In this document: piece after piece, positions 59,596 to 64,000 of the stretch
Numbering within the stretch: position 1 is the stretch's first letter
How the letters are laid out: the number at the start of each line of letters is the position of its first letter
Assembly (NCBI GenBank): GCA_905182345.1
Contig: CAJJBG010000013.1
Span: 14,656 to 78,655 of the forward strand
Direction: 5' to 3'
Source of the DNA: Pelagibacteraceae bacterium AG-422-B15
GTDB taxonomy: Bacteria; Pseudomonadota; Alphaproteobacteria; Pelagibacterales; AG-422-B15
Length of the DNA stretch: 64,000 nt
Program-made: the position numbers and the translations under genes
The notes under the pieces: model-generated
Database searches by the model: none
The model's input: the letters and a program-made list of their open reading frames with translations, nothing else
Told to the model about the DNA's origin: nothing

Positions 59596-60726
59596 ATGGT
59601 AGATAATATTACTTCATCAATAGAAGAAATTATTGAAGATTTAAAAAATGGTAAAATGGTTATCATGGTCGACGATGAAGATCGTGAAAATGAAGGTGAC
59701 CTAATTATACCTGCAGCAAAAGCTGATGCAGATGCAGTTAACTTTATGGCAACACATGGCAGAGGTTTAATCTGTTTAACCTTAACAGCAGATAGAGTTA
59801 AAAAATTAAATTTGCCTCTTATGGCTCAGAATAATCAACACAGAGATGCAACTGCATTCACTATTTCAATAGAATCAGTTGAAGGTGTTACTACTGGAAT
59901 TTCAGCTCAAGATAGAGCTACTACGATAGCATCTGCAATAGATCCTTCAAAAGGACAAAATGATATTACCAGCCCAGGCCATGTCTTTCCATTGGTCGCT
60001 AGAGATGGTGGAGTTCTTGTTAGAGCTGGACATACAGAAGCATCAGTAGACTTGGCAAGATTAGCAGGTTTTGAGCCGGCAGGGACAATCTGTGAAATTA
60101 TGAATGACGATGGAACAATGGCAAGGATTCCAGATCTTGTGAGTTTTAGTAAAAAACATAATATAAAAATTGGAAAAATAGTTGATTTAATTACCTATCG
60201 AAGAAGAAATGATACTTTTATAAACAAAGCACTTGATGAAAAAATAGTTCTTAAGGATGGCAAAGAGTTTGATGTTAAAGTGTTTGATAATTCTTTTGAT
60301 CAAACTGAGCAAATTGTACTTTCTAAAGGTAATATAGGAGACGGCAAGCCAGTAATAGTTAGAGTTCATGTTATAAGTTATTTTGATGATTTAATTGGTG
60401 AGTATGGCAGTGGAAATGAATCTCTCAAGCAAACTATTGACATAATAAATAAAGAACAACGAGGAATATTAATCTTAGTAAGAGACAGTGGTACCTCAGT
60501 GATAAATAATTATCTTTCTTCAAAGTCATCAATATCAAAATCAGTAAAAGATATTGAAAATGATAAGCAAAGTGAACTTAGAGTATTTGGCATGGGTGCC
60601 CAGATCTTATATGAGCTTGGTGTAAAAGAGATGATCTTATTAACAAATACTGATTGGAAGTTTGTTGGACTTGATGCTTATGGAATCAATATTATTGAAA
60701 CAAAGTTTTTAAAAGACTTGGCTTAA
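59596..60726 (+). CDS. ribB: 3,4-dihydroxy-2-butanone-4-phosphate synthase fused to a degenerate GTP cyclohydrolase II-like domain
   Basis: DDEDRENEGD, TGISAQDR, PGHVFPL, RAGHTEA; C-domain has VRVH but no Cys. Confidence 0.95.
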   Translation: MVDNITSSIEEIIEDLKNGKMVIMVDDEDRENEGDLIIPAAKADADAVNFMATHGRGLICLTLTADRVKKLNLPLMAQNNQHRDATAFTISIESVEGVTTGISAQDRATTIASAIDPSKGQNDITSPGHVFPLVARDGGVLVRAGHTEASVDLARLAGFEPAGTICEIMNDDGTMARIPDLVSFSKKHNIKIGKIVDLITYRRRNDTFINKALDEKIVLKDGKEFDVKVFDNSFDQTEQIVLSKGNIGDGKPVIVRVHVISYFDDLIGEYGSGNESLKQTIDIINKEQRGILILVRDSGTSVINNYLSSKSSISKSVKDIENDKQSELRVFGMGAQILYELGVKEMILLTNTDWKFVGLDAYGINIIETKFLKDLA

Positions 60727-60733
60727 AAAATAA

Positions 60734-61153
60734 ATGTCAAAAAATAAATACAAAGTATTAATAGTTGCTTCTGGTTTCTATAAAGACATAACAACTGCAA
60801 TGATTAAATCTGCAGAATTTCAACTTAAAAAGCATGATTGTTCTTATAAGATTTATCGAGTGCAAGGTGCTTTAGAAATTCCAACATTGATTGCTATAAA
60901 ATTAAAGAAAGAAAAGTATGACGGAGCAATTGCACTTGGGTGTATTATCAAAGGTCAAACCAGTCACAATGAAGTAATTGCTAGCACCATAACAAATTCT
61001 CTATTAAATATATCAACAGATAATTTAAAGCCAGTTGGTAACGCAGTTTTAAGTTGCAATAATTTGAAACAGGCAATTGCCAGAACCAAAGGTTCAAAAA
61101 ATAGAGCTGCAGAAGCTGTGGACGCAATAATCTCAGTATTAGGAAATATATAA
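60734..61153 (+). CDS. ribH: 6,7-dimethyl-8-ribityllumazine synthase
   Basis: GALEIP, ALGCIIKGQTSH, GNAVL, A..R. Confidence 0.94.
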   Translation: MSKNKYKVLIVASGFYKDITTAMIKSAEFQLKKHDCSYKIYRVQGALEIPTLIAIKLKKEKYDGAIALGCIIKGQTSHNEVIASTITNSLLNISTDNLKPVGNAVLSCNNLKQAIARTKGSKNRAAEAVDAIISVLGNI

Positions 61154-61175
61154 AAATTTAATTTTTATAAAACTT

Positions 61176-61595
61176 ATGTCAGACCCAAAATCTTTACAAA
61201 GACTACTTGCTGTTCAGGCGTTGTATCAAATTTCTATTAATGAATTAAGCAATGAAAATTCTATTAAATCTATCCTAGAAGATGCAATGCATCAGCCGGG
61301 ACTTGAGGAATTAAAGAAAAAACCTAATTTTAATTATGCAGAAAAAATTATTAATGGCTACTTAGAAAATGTCAGCCAAATTGATCTTTTAATACGAACA
61401 AGTCTAACTAGCACAAGAAGTTTCGATAAGTTAGATAACTTAATTCATGCAATATTGCAGATGGCTGTATATGAAATTAAGTTTGGACCAATGGTGCCAA
61501 AAAAAATTATTATCAATGAATACTTAAATATTTGTCACATTTTTTTTACTGGAAAAGAATCAAAACTAGTTAATGGGGTTCTTGACAGCCTATAA
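61176..61595 (+). CDS. nusB: Transcription antitermination factor NusB
   Basis: AVQALYQ, AILQMAVYEI, IIINEY, VNGVLD; follows ribH. Confidence 0.93.
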   Translation: MSDPKSLQRLLAVQALYQISINELSNENSIKSILEDAMHQPGLEELKKKPNFNYAEKIINGYLENVSQIDLLIRTSLTSTRSFDKLDNLIHAILQMAVYEIKFGPMVPKKIIINEYLNICHIFFTGKESKLVNGVLDSL

Positions 61596-61718
61596 AGCCA
61601 TTCTTGGTTAATTTTAAACTAATTAAGCTATGTTTTTTAATAAAAAAAAACATTGCTTATCTGGCATTTTTTTGGCATGTTCAGCTAAATTTTAGCAACT
61701 CTGGGAGTAAAAAGTATA

Positions 61719-63794
61719 ATGATTATTAATCTTGTAATTTTAAGTGGAATTCTATCTTTAGTTTATGGTTATTGGGCAGGTAGCTCAGTTTTAAAAAGCA
61801 ATGCAGGCAACGAGAAGATGCAAGAAATATCTCTTGCAATTCAAGAAGGCGCACAGGCTTACTTAAATCGACAGTACACAACCATCGCTATAGTTGGTGC
61901 AGTGATTTGTGTTTTAATGTTTTTATTCTTCGGAGATTATTGGGTTGTTGGTGGTTATTTAATAGGTGCCATTTTATCTGGTGCTGCTGGATATATAGGA
62001 ATGTTGATTTCAGTAAGAGCAAACGTTAGAACAGCCCAAGCAGCCTCAGAAAGTTTAGCTAAAGGACTTAATGTTGCATTTAAAGCTGGTGCAGTAACAG
62101 GAATGCTTGTTGCTGGTTTAGCCTTGCTATCCATTACAGTTTATTACTATTTCCTAGATATGTATGCAGTTAGTCCTGAGGTTATGAAGCATTCACTTAT
62201 TGCATTAGGTTTTGGTGCTTCATTAATTTCTATTTTTGCTAGATTAGGTGGTGGAATTTTTACTAAAGGCGCTGATGTTGGTGCTGACTTAGTTGGTAAA
62301 ATCGAAGCTGGAATTCCTGAGGATGACCCAAGAAACCCCGCAGTTATTGCTGATAATGTTGGAGATAATGTAGGTGATTGTGCTGGAATGGCAGCAGATC
62401 TATTTGAAACTTACGCAGTAACAATTGTTGCCACAATGGTTCTATCAACAATATTTTTTGTAGGCAATACTGAGATGCTAATTTATCCTCTTGCAATCGG
62501 CGGTAGTTGTTTAATAGCTTCTATTGTTGGAACTTTCTTTGTAAGGCTAGGTAAATCAAATAATATCATGGGTGCTTTGTACAAAGGCTTTATAGCTTCT
62601 GCATTGTTTTCTTTAGTAATTATGTATCCAGTTACTAATTACGTTATTGGTTTTGATACTTCTTTTACTCCAAATGGAAGTGATATAACTTTTACAGGCC
62701 AGTCATTATATTACTGTGCAATCGTTGGTCTTATAATTACTGGGCTATTAATTTGGATTACAGAATATTATACAGGAACTAATTACAGACCTGTTCAGAG
62801 TATAGCAAAAGCATCTACAACTGGACATGGAACTAATGTCATTCAAGGACTTGCAGTTTCAATGGAAGCAACTGCAATACCTGCATTAATAATTGTTGTT
62901 GGAATTATAGTTACATACAAATTAGCAGGACTATTTGGAATTGCTATTTCAGTCACATCAATGCTTTCATTAGCAGGAATGGTTGTTGCACTTGATGCTT
63001 ATGGACCCGTTACAGACAATGCGGGTGGTATCGCTGAAATGGCTAACTTAGATGAAAAGGTTAGAAAGACTACTGATGCCTTAGATGCTGTAGGGAATAC
63101 AACTAAAGCAGTTACAAAAGGCTATGCTATCGGTTCAGCTGGATTAGGAGCATTAGTTCTCTTCGCAGCTTATACAGAAGACCTTAAGTTAATTGAAACT
63201 ATTCAACCAAACTTCTCATTAGAGAATCCTTATGTTGTTATTGGATTATTAGTTGGTGGTTTATTGCCTTACCTATTTGCCTCTATGGGCATGATGGCTG
63301 TTGGTAGAGCTGGCGGAGCTGTTGTTGAAGAGGTTCGGACGCAATTTGCTGAAAACCCAGGAATTATGACAGGCGAGACAAAACCTGATTACGCAAAATC
63401 TGTTGACCTCTTAACAAAAGCTGCAATTAAAGAGATGATAGTACCTTCTATTTTACCAGTGTTATCGCCTATAGTTTTATTCTATTTGGTATCTTTAGTG
63501 GCTGATCAAAATGCTGCAGCATCTGCTTTAGGCGCTATGTTACTAGGAGTTATTGTTACAGGAATGTTCCTTGCAATTTCAATGACTGCTGGCGGTGGTG
63601 CTTGGGATAACGCAAAAAAATATGTTGAGGATGGTAACTTTGGTGGCAAAGGATCTGAAGCGCACAAAGCAGCGATTACAGGCGATACTGTTGGTGATCC
63701 TTATAAAGATACAGCTGGTCCAGCAATCAATCCAATGATTAAAATTACAAATATTGTTGCATTGTTATTACTAGCATTTTTAAGCCAACATTAA
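61719..63794 (+). CDS. hppA: Membrane-bound pyrophosphatase, K+-independent type
   Basis: [74 protein letters not shown]. Confidence 0.97.
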   Translation: MIINLVILSGILSLVYGYWAGSSVLKSNAGNEKMQEISLAIQEGAQAYLNRQYTTIAIVGAVICVLMFLFFGDYWVVGGYLIGAILSGAAGYIGMLISVRANVRTAQAASESLAKGLNVAFKAGAVTGMLVAGLALLSITVYYYFLDMYAVSPEVMKHSLIALGFGASLISIFARLGGGIFTKGADVGADLVGKIEAGIPEDDPRNPAVIADNVGDNVGDCAGMAADLFETYAVTIVATMVLSTIFFVGNTEMLIYPLAIGGSCLIASIVGTFFVRLGKSNNIMGALYKGFIASALFSLVIMYPVTNYVIGFDTSFTPNGSDITFTGQSLYYCAIVGLIITGLLIWITEYYTGTNYRPVQSIAKASTTGHGTNVIQGLAVSMEATAIPALIIVVGIIVTYKLAGLFGIAISVTSMLSLAGMVVALDAYGPVTDNAGGIAEMANLDEKVRKTTDALDAVGNTTKAVTKGYAIGSAGLGALVLFAAYTEDLKLIETIQPNFSLENPYVVIGLLVGGLLPYLFASMGMMAVGRAGGAVVEEVRTQFAENPGIMTGETKPDYAKSVDLLTKAAIKEMIVPSILPVLSPIVLFYLVSLVADQNAAASALGAMLLGVIVTGMFLAISMTAGGGAWDNAKKYVEDGNFGGKGSEAHKAAITGDTVGDPYKDTAGPAINPMIKITNIVALLLLAFLSQH

Positions 63795-63799
63795 TTAGA

Positions 63800-64000
63800 T
63801 TACAAACCACGCGTGAACGCGTCATAGATTTGATCTAATAAGGTGTATTTACCAGAATCATCATGCGTATAGCTTTTGTCTATGAGTATATCTATAGAGC
63901 CATCTTTATCATAAAAAGTTTGAGAAGTTAGAACATCATTTTCATCAAATTTAAAAGCAAATATAACTTGTTCACCAAGATCATCTTTTGAAAAAACATT
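63800..64000 (-). CDS. bamE: Probable outer-membrane assembly factor BamE, 3' part only (not in ORF track)
   Basis: My translation: NVFSKDDLGEQVIFAFKFDENDVLTSQTFYDKDGSIDILIDKSYTHDDSGKYTLLDQIYDAFTRGL*; fits the alphaproteobacterial BamE C-terminal pattern and the usual position convergent to hppA. Confidence 0.6.
   Translation of the reverse strand, partial: NVFSKDDLGEQVIFAFKFDENDVLTSQTFYDKDGSIDILIDKSYTHDDSGKYTLLDQIYDAFTRGL

Noticed and set aside
88-60369. About 40 short ORF-track entries overlapping real genes (e.g. 5147-5638, 10507-10938, 28735-29121, 29161-29607, 37182-37619)
   Set aside because: They lie antisense or out of frame within clearly conserved genes and show no family motifs; typical shadow ORFs
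61629-61652. ATGTTTTTT-AAT-AAAAAAAAACAT hairpin before hppA as a terminator
   Set aside because: Almost purely A/T stem with no U-tract after it; too unstable to call
1-64000. CRISPR arrays, IS elements, prophage, rRNA, tmRNA
   Set aside because: No regularly spaced repeats or such genes seen; the largest intergenic gap is 162 nt

Overview
Chromosomal window from a low-GC (roughly 30% by spot counts), very gene-dense alphaproteobacterium. Alphaproteobacterial assignment rests on gene orders (secY-adk-rpsM-rpsK-rpoA-rplQ; folK-rsh-pyrE-pdxJ-acpS-lepB-rnc-era-recO; rpiB-glyA-nrdR-ribD-ribE-ribB-ribH-nusB; hppA/bamE); a streamlined marine lifestyle is inference from AT-richness and tiny spacers. 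It is almost all housekeeping: 3' fusA, the S10/spc/alpha ribosomal cluster, pccBA, lipB, mgtE, panC, topA, plsY, pyrB, gatCAB, tRNA-Ser(GCT), slt, dapA-smpB-...-parC, hemB, glyA, riboflavin genes, hppA and partial bamE. I see no CRISPR array, integrase, transposase, prophage gene, rRNA or riboswitch. The best candidate for an undescribed system is a three-gene module at 18886-22970: a PaaG-type crotonase lacking both hydratase glutamates, an acyl-CoA dehydrogenase and a fused ADP-forming acyl-CoA ligase. It has foreign Arg-codon usage, sits directly behind pccBA, and its substrate is unknown. Other observations are streamlining signatures: genes missing from conserved positions (tuf, rpoZ, pyrC, dprA, thiL), an SmpB tail trimmed to about the minimal functional length, a probable non-AUG start for ribD, a strong U at -1 of start codons, terminator-less convergent junctions and an 18-bp divergent spacer. 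All family calls are by motif recognition and all counts are hand tallies; no database search was run.
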